Shown: positions 47,467-57,365, counted from the first letter of the stretch. The stretch is DNA of 64,000 nucleotides from Muribaculaceae bacterium (GCA_022510465.1 JAFLTJ010000002.1:3242-67241), one strand, 5' to 3'. Notes: generated by a model not told the origin, from the letters alone. Program-made: numbers and translations.

Positions 47467-48291
47467 ATGAACAGCAAGATACCATTCAATAAATTTGCAT
47501 TGCAACTGGCCGAGAGCGCAGGCATATCGGCAGCGGGAGCTGAAGCATTTGTCAAGGAGTTTTTTATTCTCGTCAGTGACAATCTTCTAAAGGGTGAACG
47601 GGTTGATATAGACGGAATTGGCAGTTTTGAGCGCACCGACAACCAGGAAGAACCTGTTAAATTTACACCGGCGCCTACGCTTGCCGAGCTTGTAAACGCG
47701 CCTTTCAGCCTTTTTGAGGCAGAAGAGATTAATCCCGATGTGACCGAGGCGATGTTGACTGAAGCCGAAACCGAAACAGAACCGGTTGATAACCAGGCGG
47801 AGGAATTAACGGATAATCAAGAACCGATTGACAGCCCTGAGGAGTTACATGACGTTGAGGAGTCGCCGGAAGTTGAAGAATTGATTGATTCTCAAGAGGA
47901 TGAACCTCAGGCGGTTGCAGTCGATGAGTCAGAGGAAGAAGTCGGACAGGAGGTAGTGCAACCGACACCGCCCCCGTTCCGGCCACCGGTAAAGGAGGTA
48001 AGCCCTGTTGTAGAAAAAGCCGAGCCGGCAGTTGAATGTCATAGCAAAGATATTGTTAACAAGGATGTTGCCAAACCTGCCGGCATGGGTTTTGGTATGG
48101 GATTTCTCGTTGGTATTTTGGTTGGCATAGCTATAGGCGCGTTTGGTGTGTTTATGTATATGTCATCCTCGTTGTATGACCAAAACACGCGTGAGAATGA
48201 TTCCATAACCGTTCAATATCTTGAAGAGCAGCTGGAGGAACTGGAATCAATGGAACTGTCGGATAGTACAAGCTGGCCGGAGACACATTGA
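47467..48291 (+). CDS. HU-like N-terminal domain protein with an acidic linker and a C-terminal transmembrane helix
   Basis: The N-terminal ~90 aa are HU-like (FVKEFFILVSDNLLKGERVDIDGIGSFE). An E/D/P-rich segment follows, then a hydrophobic helix GMGFGMGFLVGILVGIAIGAFGVFMYM (about 48085-48165). Confidence 0.6.
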   Translation: MNSKIPFNKFALQLAESAGISAAGAEAFVKEFFILVSDNLLKGERVDIDGIGSFERTDNQEEPVKFTPAPTLAELVNAPFSLFEAEEINPDVTEAMLTEAETETEPVDNQAEELTDNQEPIDSPEELHDVEESPEVEELIDSQEDEPQAVAVDESEEEVGQEVVQPTPPPFRPPVKEVSPVVEKAEPAVECHSKDIVNKDVAKPAGMGFGMGFLVGILVGIAIGAFGVFMYMSSSLYDQNTRENDSITVQYLEEQLEELESMELSDSTSWPETH

Positions 48292-48366
48292 CCGGCGTCG
48301 GGCAATCGTTAAATGATGTTACGGTTTTTAATATTTCTTTAACGTTGTTATTTTTATTGTTATAAC

Positions 48367-48374
48367 TAATTTTG
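48367..48374 (+). promoter_or_regulatory. Candidate -7 promoter box for the moxR/bat operon
   Basis: TAATTTTG 64 nt upstream of ATG 48439. A GCACAT/ATGTGC hairpin lies in the putative leader. Confidence 0.4.
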
Positions 48375-48438
48375 CAGCACATTTCGGCAATCGATATTAT
48401 GTGCCGGGGTGATTACGTTAAAAAACAAATTCTCAACA

Positions 48439-49434
48439 ATGAGCGAATCAGTTAATATCAGAGAGCTTAACGACATAGTTGCTTCAAAGAGCAATTTTGT
48501 CAATTTAGTCACATCGGGGATGGGACGTATCATCGTAGGTCAGAAACACCTGGTAGAGTCCCTTTTAACTGCGTTATTGAGCAATGGACACATCCTGCTC
48601 GAAGGTGTGCCGGGTCTGGCCAAAACCCTTGCTATCAAAACCTTGTCGCAATTGGTTGATGCCAAATACAGTCGTATTCAGTTTACGCCCGACCTTCTTC
48701 CGGCCGATGTTATAGGAACGATGATTTATTCGGTGAAAAACGAGCAGTTCCAGATTAAGCGAGGCCCTATCTTTGCTAATTTTGTGCTTGCCGATGAGAT
48801 TAACCGAGCTCCGGCCAAGGTGCAGAGTGCGTTGCTGGAAGCAATGCAGGAGAGACAGGTGACAATAGGCGACAGCACGTTTAAGCTGGATGAACCGTTC
48901 TTGGTAATGGCAACACAGAACCCTATCGAGCAAGAGGGAACCTATCCGCTGCCCGAGGCTCAGGTGGACCGTTTTTTGATGAAAGTTGTCATAGGGTATC
49001 CCACTAAGGAAGAGGAGAAAGAGATTGTCAGACAAAGCATTACGCAACGTTATGTTGAGGTAATGCCAACCGTTCGCCCGTCGGAAATAATTGAGTCACA
49101 GCGCATTGTAGAGCAGATATATCTTGACGAGAAGATAGAGCGATACATCGTTGACATCGTCTTTGCGACGCGATATCCGGCCGATAGCGGTTTGGCTGAG
49201 TTGAAAAGCATTATCTCGTTTGGCGCGTCTCCGCGAGCCTCAATAGCCCTTGGAAAAGCGTCAAGAGCATACGCGTTTCTGCGTGGTCGCGGATATGTGA
49301 TACCCGAGGATGTTCGCGCGGTTGCCCACGATGTACTGCGTCATCGTATCGGATTGTCCTACGAAGCTGAAGCAAACAATATTACAGCCGACGAGATTGT
49401 AACCTCGATACTTGATAAGGTTGAGGTGCCTTGA
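48439..49434 (+). CDS. moxR: MoxR-family AAA+ ATPase
   Basis: Walker A GVPGLAKT, Walker B LADEINRA and ATQNPIEQEGTYPLPEAQVDRF. The start was trimmed to ATG 48439. Confidence 0.93.
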   Translation: MSESVNIRELNDIVASKSNFVNLVTSGMGRIIVGQKHLVESLLTALLSNGHILLEGVPGLAKTLAIKTLSQLVDAKYSRIQFTPDLLPADVIGTMIYSVKNEQFQIKRGPIFANFVLADEINRAPAKVQSALLEAMQERQVTIGDSTFKLDEPFLVMATQNPIEQEGTYPLPEAQVDRFLMKVVIGYPTKEEEKEIVRQSITQRYVEVMPTVRPSEIIESQRIVEQIYLDEKIERYIVDIVFATRYPADSGLAELKSIISFGASPRASIALGKASRAYAFLRGRGYVIPEDVRAVAHDVLRHRIGLSYEAEANNITADEIVTSILDKVEVP

Positions 49435-49450
49435 TAAAATATCCGGGTAG

Positions 49451-50329
49451 ATGGACACGAACGAACTGTTAAAGAGAGTCAGAAAAATAGAAATCCGCGC
49501 TCGTGGATTGTCAAATGACATCTTTGCCGGCGAGTACCATTCGGCCTTTAAAGGGCGTGGTATGACATTCTCGGAAGTCAGGGAGTATCAGTATGGCGAC
49601 GATATTCGTGACATAGACTGGAATGTTACGGCAAGGCATAACAAGCCGTACGTAAAGGTTTATGAGGAGGAGCGTGAACTGACGGTGATGCTTCTTGTGG
49701 ATATGTCGCGAAGCGGATTGTTTGGCGCCGTAGGTATGGAAAAGCGCGAAATGATTGCCGAAATTGCCGCTACAATCGCATTTTCGGCTATTCAGAACAA
49801 TGATAAGATTGGCGCAATTTTCTTTACCGACAAGCTTGAAAAATTTATCCCGCCCAAGAAAGGCAAACATCACACTCTGCTGATAATCCGTGAATTACTG
49901 GGCTTTAAACCCGATAATCCCGGAACCGATATAGCCGAGGCGCTGAAATATTTTACCGATGCGATAAAAAAACGCTGTACTACATTCTTAGTCAGCGACT
50001 TTATTGACGAGCATGATTATAGCCGCCCCCTCGCCATCGCCTCTCGCAAGCATGACTTGATTGCGTTGCAGGTGTATGACCGTCGTGACGCCGAATTGCC
50101 GTCGGTAGGATTAATGCATCTGACCGACCTTGAAACGGGTCACGACCGGTGGGTTAACACATCGTCAAAAAGCGTCAGACGGGCCTACAGTAAATGGTGG
50201 TATGAGCGACGACAGGCGGTAACACAGACGATGCAACGTTGCAAGGTTGATATGATTTCGGTTGCAACCGATGAGGATTATGCCAAGGCGCTGATGGACC
50301 TGTTTCGCCGTCGTGCAGTGTTGCATTGA
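49451..50329 (+). CDS. DUF58 domain protein (MoxR partner)
   Basis: YQYGDDIRDIDWNVTAR motif and a VWA-like core (LLVDMSRS). Confidence 0.9.
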   Translation: MDTNELLKRVRKIEIRARGLSNDIFAGEYHSAFKGRGMTFSEVREYQYGDDIRDIDWNVTARHNKPYVKVYEEERELTVMLLVDMSRSGLFGAVGMEKREMIAEIAATIAFSAIQNNDKIGAIFFTDKLEKFIPPKKGKHHTLLIIRELLGFKPDNPGTDIAEALKYFTDAIKKRCTTFLVSDFIDEHDYSRPLAIASRKHDLIALQVYDRRDAELPSVGLMHLTDLETGHDRWVNTSSKSVRRAYSKWWYERRQAVTQTMQRCKVDMISVATDEDYAKALMDLFRRRAVLH

Positions 50330-50370
50330 GTCAAACCCAACAGCCATTAAAATTGAGAGTTATAACAAAA

Positions 50371-51339
50371 ATGCCAAGACGTTTATTAATATCATGCCTG
50401 ACCATAGTGTTGGTTTCGCTTATGGGTGCAGCGGCCGGAAAAACAACCGTATCGGTTGCTCTCGATTCGGTACATTTGCTTATGGGACAGGTAACGACAC
50501 TTCATGTAGACATAGTTACCGATGCTGACCATCCGGCAACGCTTGTCGACATACCAAAAGAGTTGACCGCCGGGGTGGAGAAACACAGCGAAACATCGGG
50601 CGACACGACGAAAGTGGGCGATGGCCGAATTGAGATTAAAAAGGATATAGTTCTTCAATCGTTCGACTCGGGATTGTATATGTTGCCTCCAGTCAAGCTG
50701 GTGACCCCCGGAGGAGAAACGATTGCATCCAATCAGGTGACGCTGAAAGTGTATCCGGCAATGGTGGATAGCCTCATGAATATTCATCCATACGCCGATG
50801 TCAGCACTATCGACCGCAAATTGACCGATTATTTGCCCGATTGGATGATTGACTGGGGTGCGTGGATATTGCTGATACTTGCATTTGTAGCTATTGCAAT
50901 ATACGCCTGGTATAAGTGGTTACGCCCCGGGAAGAAACCTCGTAAACATAAAATTGAACCGCCCTACGATGTGGCCAAACGAGAATTGGAGATATTGCAT
51001 AATGAACGTCTGTGTGACACCGGAAGAGAGCGGGAATACTATACACGACTTACCGAAATCCTGCGTGTGTATCTTGACAGACGATTTGGCATTAATGCAA
51101 TGGAAATGACCTCGTCACAGATAATCGACGCAGTAAAAAGAAATGCCGAGACCAGTGCTTCACAGGATTTAATCAGGCGCGTTCTTGAAATTGCCGATTT
51201 TGTTAAGTTTGCCAAAGTCAGACCGTTGCCGTCGGACAATGCTGCATCGTTCGACTCGGCCGTGAAGTTTGTAGAAGATACTAAACCTGTAGCTCAGCCA
51301 CAGGCAAATGATGAAGATAAGGCCGAGAAACAGAAATAA
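50371..51339 (+). CDS. Short BatD-like / DUF4381-like membrane protein
   Basis: Signal peptide, a BatD-like beta-rich N-domain, one TM helix (WILLILAFVAIAIYAWY) and a cytoplasmic helical domain. That helical domain resembles the BatD C-terminus (EYYTRLTEILRVYL..., LEIADFVKFA). The start was trimmed to ATG 50371. Confidence 0.5.
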   Translation: MPRRLLISCLTIVLVSLMGAAAGKTTVSVALDSVHLLMGQVTTLHVDIVTDADHPATLVDIPKELTAGVEKHSETSGDTTKVGDGRIEIKKDIVLQSFDSGLYMLPPVKLVTPGGETIASNQVTLKVYPAMVDSLMNIHPYADVSTIDRKLTDYLPDWMIDWGAWILLILAFVAIAIYAWYKWLRPGKKPRKHKIEPPYDVAKRELEILHNERLCDTGREREYYTRLTEILRVYLDRRFGINAMEMTSSQIIDAVKRNAETSASQDLIRRVLEIADFVKFAKVRPLPSDNAASFDSAVKFVEDTKPVAQPQANDEDKAEKQK

Positions 51340-51365
51340 CTAATAAATAACCCAACTGTCAATAT

Positions 51366-52352
51366 ATGCTTTTTGCTAATCCTCGCCTTTTATGGTTGCT
51401 TGTGTTGCTGGTGCCGTTGATTGCATGGTATGTGGTTAAACGCAGTCGCTATCACGCAACATTAGGGGTTTCCACCTTGGCCGCCGTGACCCGGTTGCCG
51501 CGTTCGTGGAAAGAATATATGACCGATGTTATGTTTGCCTTAAAAGTGCTGACAATCGCTGTTGTCATCATAATTTTAGCCCGGCCACAGACACGAGATA
51601 CCTGGAGCACGTCACAAACCGAGGGTACCGACATAATTCTGGCTATCGACATATCAACAAGTATGCTGGCCCGCGATTTTAAACCCGACCGTTTTGAAGC
51701 CGCCAAGGATGTGGCCTCGAGGTTTGTTGCCGGTCGCGAAAGTGATAATATCGGAGTTGTTATTTTTGCTGCAGAGAGCTTTACCGGCTTACCGATGACA
51801 ACCGACCGGTCGTTGGTGGCAAATTATATTCATGACATATCAATGGGGATGTTGCACGACGGAACTGCAATAGGTGACGGTCTTGCAACATCAATCAACA
51901 GAATAAAGGAGGGCAAGGCCAAAAGCAAGAGTATAATCTTGCTGACCGACGGTTCAAACAATACCGGAATTGTGGCCCCGCTCACGGCGGCCGAGATTGC
52001 GGCTAAGATGGGTATAAAGGTCTATACCATAGGAATTGGCAGTAATGGAACGGCGCAATTCCCACAGCAGGACCAGCTTGGAAATATATCGTATGTCAGC
52101 CTGCCGGTGGTTATTGATGAAGCGACACTTCAAAAGATTTCGGCCATGACGGGAGGTAAATATTTCCGCGCGACCGGCAACCGTGTCCTCAGCGATATTT
52201 TTGCCGAAATTGACCGTTTGGAAAAGACAAAAATGGATATTCAAAACTTTTCTCATACCGAGGATGATTTTGTGCCCTGGGCCGTCGCCGCATTGATACT
52301 GTTATTACTGCAGTTACTGATGAGATTAACCATCCTCAGGACCATACCTTAA
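51366..52352 (+). CDS. batA: VWA-domain aerotolerance protein BatA
   Basis: N-terminal TM helices, VWA MIDAS motif (DISTSM), LLTDGSNNTG, and a C-terminal TM helix. Confidence 0.87.
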   Translation: MLFANPRLLWLLVLLVPLIAWYVVKRSRYHATLGVSTLAAVTRLPRSWKEYMTDVMFALKVLTIAVVIIILARPQTRDTWSTSQTEGTDIILAIDISTSMLARDFKPDRFEAAKDVASRFVAGRESDNIGVVIFAAESFTGLPMTTDRSLVANYIHDISMGMLHDGTAIGDGLATSINRIKEGKAKSKSIILLTDGSNNTGIVAPLTAAEIAAKMGIKVYTIGIGSNGTAQFPQQDQLGNISYVSLPVVIDEATLQKISAMTGGKYFRATGNRVLSDIFAEIDRLEKTKMDIQNFSHTEDDFVPWAVAALILLLLQLLMRLTILRTIP

Positions 52353-52370
52353 CCAGTCAAAGCAACCGTC

Positions 52371-53435
52371 ATGATAACATTTGTTTATCCTAAATTACTA
52401 TACTTACTGCTTATCATACCGGTGGCAGTATTGATATTTATGATGTCGAGAGCTGCTCGCCTCAAGCGGATGTCTCGGTTTGGCAAGCCCGAATTACTCA
52501 ATCCCCTTATGCCCGAGGCATCAAAGTATGTGCCGTGGATAAAATTCTCGCTTGTAATGGGGGCAATGGCAATGCTAATCATTATCTTGGCGCGACCTAT
52601 TGCCACCGTTTCAACAACCGACGATGAGCCGGGTAAAGAAACAACCGCGCGCGGCATAGAGGTTGTGATATGCATGGATGTATCGCGCTCAATGCTCGCG
52701 TCGTCGACCGATGAGCCTGATGGTATTGACCGTCTCAAAAGGGCCAAGCATATCTTGGAAAGGCTTATTGGCAAGATGAACGACGATAAGGTGGGATTGA
52801 TTGTCTTTGCCGGGGATGCTTATACGCAACTGCCAATTACCGCCGACTATATCTCGGCCAAGATGTTTATAAATTCAATATCAACCGAAATGGTGCCCAC
52901 GCAGGGGACTGCAATTGGTTCGGCAATTGAAATGGCGATGAACTCGTTTAATCCCGATGATAAATTTCAGAAAGCAATTGTAATCATTACCGATGGCGAG
53001 AACTTTGAAGATGATGCCGTTTCGATGGCCAAAAAGGCTTCTGACGCAGGAATTCAGGTTGACGTGATAGGTATCGGTAGCGGAACTCCGATGCCAATTC
53101 CGGTATCAGAATCAAGGGCTAATGAATATATGCGCGATATGAACGGGCAGATAGCACGGTCGGCTCTTGATGTCGAGACTGCCGAGAAGATTGCCGGGGC
53201 CGGAAAAGGAATATTTGTTGACGGAGCGTCGTCAACAGCTGTAGACGACCTTGACGAGCAACTGTCTACGCTGGCCAAGACAGAATATCTTAAAAAGATG
53301 GCAACACCGCGCAGCCAGCAATTCCCGGTATTTGCCTGGATTGCGTTTGTTTTGCTTTTTATTGAAGCGTTTATGCTCAATAGAAAGATTTCATGGCTGA
53401 CCAAGTACACATTTTTTCTTGAAAAAAGAGATTAG
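52371..53435 (+). CDS. batB: VWA-domain aerotolerance protein BatB
   Basis: TM helices plus a VWA domain (MDVSRSM, ITDGENFED), directly after batA. Confidence 0.87.
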   Translation: MITFVYPKLLYLLLIIPVAVLIFMMSRAARLKRMSRFGKPELLNPLMPEASKYVPWIKFSLVMGAMAMLIIILARPIATVSTTDDEPGKETTARGIEVVICMDVSRSMLASSTDEPDGIDRLKRAKHILERLIGKMNDDKVGLIVFAGDAYTQLPITADYISAKMFINSISTEMVPTQGTAIGSAIEMAMNSFNPDDKFQKAIVIITDGENFEDDAVSMAKKASDAGIQVDVIGIGSGTPMPIPVSESRANEYMRDMNGQIARSALDVETAEKIAGAGKGIFVDGASSTAVDDLDEQLSTLAKTEYLKKMATPRSQQFPVFAWIAFVLLFIEAFMLNRKISWLTKYTFFLEKRD

Positions 53436-53438
53436 TTA

Positions 53439-54233
53439 ATGACGATTGGTATGATATTCAACTATATAACACGATTGTTGATAACCGTTGTGGTTTTTAC
53501 GGCCGGGAGCGGTGCTCTGCGGGCAGATGACACCGGTTCCCGTGATTGCCGCAATCTTATTGTTGAGGGAAACCGCTTGTTTAAGCAGGAGCGGTGGAGC
53601 GAGGCCGAAGTAAAGTATCAGAAGGCTTTACAGGCCGACCCTACGTCGCAGGTAGCGCAGTTCAACCTTGCTTCAACTTTGGTCAGGCAGGGCCGTCTGT
53701 CTGATCTTCAAGACCCTAACAGTTCAATGAGTAGAGCGTGCAATACGTTCCGGTCAATGATTGCCAACCCCGAAAGTTCAACAGTTCGCCCCGATATTAT
53801 TGAAAAATCATTCTATAATTTGGGAAATGTAGCCTACGAGCAGCAGAATTATAGCGACGCGATAGAAATGTACAAGGGGGCTTTAAGAATAAATCCCAAT
53901 AACGACAAAGCCCGTGAAAATCTGCGCCTGGCACAGCTGAAATTACAGCAGCAAAAAAAGAATGACAATCAAGACGAGAACAAAGAAGAGAAGAAAGAAC
54001 AGCAAGAAAAACAGCAGAACGAAGATAAAAAACAGGATAAACCGAAGCCGCAGGAGGATAAAAAAGAACAGCAGCCACAGCAGCAGCCTCAAGGCGGTAT
54101 TAACGATGAAAATGCAGCCCGAATCCTGAAAACGATGGAAAATGAGGAGGCGGCAACCCGTCGTCGAATACAGATGCAACATGGTAAGCGTGGTAACACT
54201 CACCCGTCTCGCGGTATAGGAAATCCCTGGTAA
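53439..54233 (+). CDS. batC: TPR-repeat protein BatC with a low-complexity K/E/Q-rich C-terminus
   Basis: TPR repeats (GNRLFKQERWSEAEVKYQKALQADP, GNVAYEQQNYSDAIEMYKGALRINP). Position within the operon supports the call. Confidence 0.75.
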   Translation: MTIGMIFNYITRLLITVVVFTAGSGALRADDTGSRDCRNLIVEGNRLFKQERWSEAEVKYQKALQADPTSQVAQFNLASTLVRQGRLSDLQDPNSSMSRACNTFRSMIANPESSTVRPDIIEKSFYNLGNVAYEQQNYSDAIEMYKGALRINPNNDKARENLRLAQLKLQQQKKNDNQDENKEEKKEQQEKQQNEDKKQDKPKPQEDKKEQQPQQQPQGGINDENAARILKTMENEEAATRRRIQMQHGKRGNTHPSRGIGNPW

Positions 54234-54266
54234 CAATCGGTTTATCTGTTCAACTCTCAAAACAAG

Positions 54267-56087
54267 ATGATGATAAGAAAGATATTGCTAACATTACTGA
54301 TGCTTGGGCTATGGTTGTCGCAGGCCATGGCGGTTTCGTTTACTCTGCAAGCCCCGTCGCGGGTTGCAAAGGGCGAAAAATTCTATGTTACCTATACGGT
54401 GACCGATGGGCAGGGCAGCAATCTGAAAGCTCCTAAGATTGAGGGATGTAAGTTCCTGTCAGGTCCGTCAACGTCAGAATCGTCATACTACAGCAATGTC
54501 AATGGCCGTGCGCAAAGTTCGTCGCGCGTTGAGTATACGTTTCTTTACCGAGCCGATGCGGTAGGAACGCTGCAAATTCAACCGGCTTCAATTACTATCA
54601 ATGGAAAGACTTATACCACCAAGCCGGCTACAATCAGTGTGGTTGATGCAGGCGCCTCGGGAAATGTCGACCCGGCTCAATCGGGGTCGCGTCAACCGGT
54701 CAAAGTAGACGACCCTGATACACAGACGTCAGACCGTGCTGTGAATGCCAACGACCTGTTTGTCAGGATTATTCTAAATAAATCTACGGCCTACGAGCAA
54801 GAGGCGATTGAATGTACAATAAAACTGTTTACAAAATACTCCATATCATCGTTTTTGCCAACGCGGCAGCCATCGTTTGACGGATTTCTTGTTGAAGAGG
54901 TTGACATGACAAATGCCGTTCCACAGATGGAGAGTTACAACGGGCAGAATTACATGACGGCTGTCCTCAAGAAATGTATCATCTTCCCGCAAAAATCGGG
55001 GAAGTTGACAATTAATTCAGGAGAATATGACCTCAATGTAGTGCAGTATGACCATGTCAGCATGGGTTTCTTTACCGTTCGCGACCCCAAGGAACGCAAG
55101 TTGAAAGTGTCGTCAAACAGTGCCTCGATTGAAATCAAGCCGCTACCCGAACCGCGGCCTGCCGGATTCACCAATGCGGTAGGGCAATTTACGGCCGAAA
55201 CACGCCTTGTTGGAAATACGTTTAAGACCAACGACCCGGCAACGTTGATATACACCATCAGCGGAAAGGGAAATATCAAATATATTCAGGAGCCGGTTGT
55301 TGATTTTCCTGCCGAAATGGAACAGTACACTCCCAAGAGTGATATAACCGGGGAGGTTACCGGCGCGACTGTCACCGGTAAAATGGCTATCGACTATACG
55401 TTTGTTCCACAGAGCGTAGGAGAGTATACAATCCCCGGCGGAACGTTTGTTTACTTTGACCCGTCGACCGGAAAGTATGAATCAATCTCTTTGCCTAATC
55501 GGACCCTGAAAGTAGCAAAAGGCAGTGACGCCAAGGCTGCCGGAGGTGCGCTTAAACCTCGTAATACCGACATTCTTCCGCTACAGAATGGTGCTGTGGG
55601 AGAGGCGCCGTCAACACTGTTGTTTTATAGCGTTGCATATTGGCTGTTGTATCCGGTTATAATTCTGATAACTGTAGCAATCATTTTGCTGTACCGCCGT
55701 CACATCAGGCGCGCCGCCGACATTGTCGGCACGCGGCTTGCGCGGGCCGGGAAGGTGGCGCGTCGCCGCCTCAAGGCTGCCGGCAATTTTATGAGCCGTG
55801 GAAAAGCCGACGAGTTTTACGAGGAGATGCTTCGTGCAATGTGGGGGTATCTGTCAGACAAGCTTATGATTCCGGTGTCAAAACTTTCTCGCGACAATAT
55901 ATCGGCCGAGCTTGCTCGTTACGGTACCGGTGATGACGTTATACAATCAATAATATCAATTCTTGACGACTGTGAAATGGCGCGGTACACCCCCGACAGC
56001 GGTGCCCGCATGAGTGAGGTCTACGACCGGGCTGCCGATGCGATAGGTCGACTTGAATCCAAAAACGCTTCTCAATCCAACCATTGA
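54267..56087 (+). CDS. batD: BatD (oxygen-tolerance) protein
   Basis: Signal peptide, repeated BatD beta-domains, one TM helix near residue 470, and a cytoplasmic helical tail. Confidence 0.8.
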   Translation: MMIRKILLTLLMLGLWLSQAMAVSFTLQAPSRVAKGEKFYVTYTVTDGQGSNLKAPKIEGCKFLSGPSTSESSYYSNVNGRAQSSSRVEYTFLYRADAVGTLQIQPASITINGKTYTTKPATISVVDAGASGNVDPAQSGSRQPVKVDDPDTQTSDRAVNANDLFVRIILNKSTAYEQEAIECTIKLFTKYSISSFLPTRQPSFDGFLVEEVDMTNAVPQMESYNGQNYMTAVLKKCIIFPQKSGKLTINSGEYDLNVVQYDHVSMGFFTVRDPKERKLKVSSNSASIEIKPLPEPRPAGFTNAVGQFTAETRLVGNTFKTNDPATLIYTISGKGNIKYIQEPVVDFPAEMEQYTPKSDITGEVTGATVTGKMAIDYTFVPQSVGEYTIPGGTFVYFDPSTGKYESISLPNRTLKVAKGSDAKAAGGALKPRNTDILPLQNGAVGEAPSTLLFYSVAYWLLYPVIILITVAIILLYRRHIRRAADIVGTRLARAGKVARRRLKAAGNFMSRGKADEFYEEMLRAMWGYLSDKLMIPVSKLSRDNISAELARYGTGDDVIQSIISILDDCEMARYTPDSGARMSEVYDRAADAIGRLESKNASQSNH

Positions 56088-56866
56088 TGATGAAAAAGAT
56101 TATATTGCTATTTATCATAAATTTAGTTGCTGTTGCCATTCAGGCCGGTGAGCTCACAGCAAAGGCCGACTCGGCGTATGCCGGCAAGAATTACGTGGAG
56201 GCAGTGCAACTGTATCAGGCCGAGATTGATTCGGTAGGACCGACGTCGGCGCTATACTACAATATAGGCAACTGTTACTACCGCATGGGTTCTCAGGGGC
56301 GTGCAATTCTCAATTATGAACGGGCTCTGAAAATGAATCCGCGTAATGCCGATGCAATTGCAAATCTTGATTTTATAAACTCGCGTCTGACCGACCGCCC
56401 CGGTGAGCGCGGCACCTTTCTGGATAACCTTGGCAATAGCATAGCGTCGGTTATGAGTGCCAATCTTTGGGCTGTTGTAGGGGTGGTGGCTTTTGCCCTC
56501 GTTGGGATTGGGATATTGCTCTATTTCTTTGTTGAGAATATAGCGGTTCGCAAAATAGGGTTCTTCGGCGCCGGTATAATGCTGGTAGTAGTTATAGTGT
56601 CGATTCTTTTTGGCTTACGAGCCGCCTCCAATGCAACCGCAACCAATAGGGCTGTGGTTCTCGTTCAGTCAACTATACTCTCAACGGTGCCGCGAACGCC
56701 GTCGAGCTCGGCCGAAGAAGCTATGATGTTGCACGAAGGAGCCGTTGTGACGATTCTTGACGAGGTAATCGTGACAAGCGGCGATAAAGAGATTATCTGG
56801 CTTGATGTTGAATTTGACAACAATCATAGGGCGTGGATTGATGCCTCGGCCGTTGAGCGAATCTGA
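56087..56866 (+). CDS. batE: BatE: TPR plus a C-terminal SH3-like domain membrane protein
   Basis: Signal/anchor, TPR (YNIGNCYYRMGSQGRAILNYERALKMNP), two TM helices and an SH3b-like end (EIIWLDVEFDNNHRAWIDASAVERI). The ATG at 56087 overlaps the batD stop. Confidence 0.7.
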   Translation: MMKKIILLFIINLVAVAIQAGELTAKADSAYAGKNYVEAVQLYQAEIDSVGPTSALYYNIGNCYYRMGSQGRAILNYERALKMNPRNADAIANLDFINSRLTDRPGERGTFLDNLGNSIASVMSANLWAVVGVVAFALVGIGILLYFFVENIAVRKIGFFGAGIMLVVVIVSILFGLRAASNATATNRAVVLVQSTILSTVPRTPSSSAEEAMMLHEGAVVTILDEVIVTSGDKEIIWLDVEFDNNHRAWIDASAVERI

Positions 56867-57107
56867 AAATCGAAACGGACTCATAATCAACTGATTTATT
56901 GAGCTGTTGCGAATACCTTTGTGTTTTTATGTTTTATAACATAAAATTATTTATTGAGATTTATTTGGCTACATCAATCTTTCTGACTAAATTTAACACG
57001 CAATAAAACAAACCGAATTATTAACTGAGGATTTGGTCGGTTCTTTTTGTTACGAAACGTAGTATCTTATTTAGAGCCGGGATAATCCTACTTAAACCTA
57101 TAGCAAC

Positions 57108-57365
57108 ATGACAAAGACAATTTCTTTCAACGACTTGCGTCGCATCAAAGACAGTTTGCCTGACGGCTCAATCACCAAGATTGCCGACAAACTCAATGTA
57201 ACTCCTCAGACAGTTCGCAACTACTTTGGTGGTACCAACTACGAGTTTGGCAAGAATTGTGGTGTTCACATTGAGCCGGGACCAAACGGTGGAATAGTTG
57301 TTCTCGATGACACAACCATCTATGACATGGCTATAGAAATTCTTCAGCAGCAAGAGCAAGACTAA
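57108..57365 (+). CDS. Small hypothetical protein with a putative N-terminal helix-turn-helix
   Basis: 85 aa. ITKIADKLNVTPQTVRNYF resembles an HTH. It is a stand-alone gene with its own terminator. Confidence 0.4.
   Translation: MTKTISFNDLRRIKDSLPDGSITKIADKLNVTPQTVRNYFGGTNYEFGKNCGVHIEPGPNGGIVVLDDTTIYDMAIEILQQQEQD

Noticed and set aside
53943-54260. 105-aa hydrophobic ORF (LLFFFILLRL...) on the minus strand.
   Set aside because: It is the antisense image of the K/E/Q-rich low-complexity tail of batC and is a compositional artefact.
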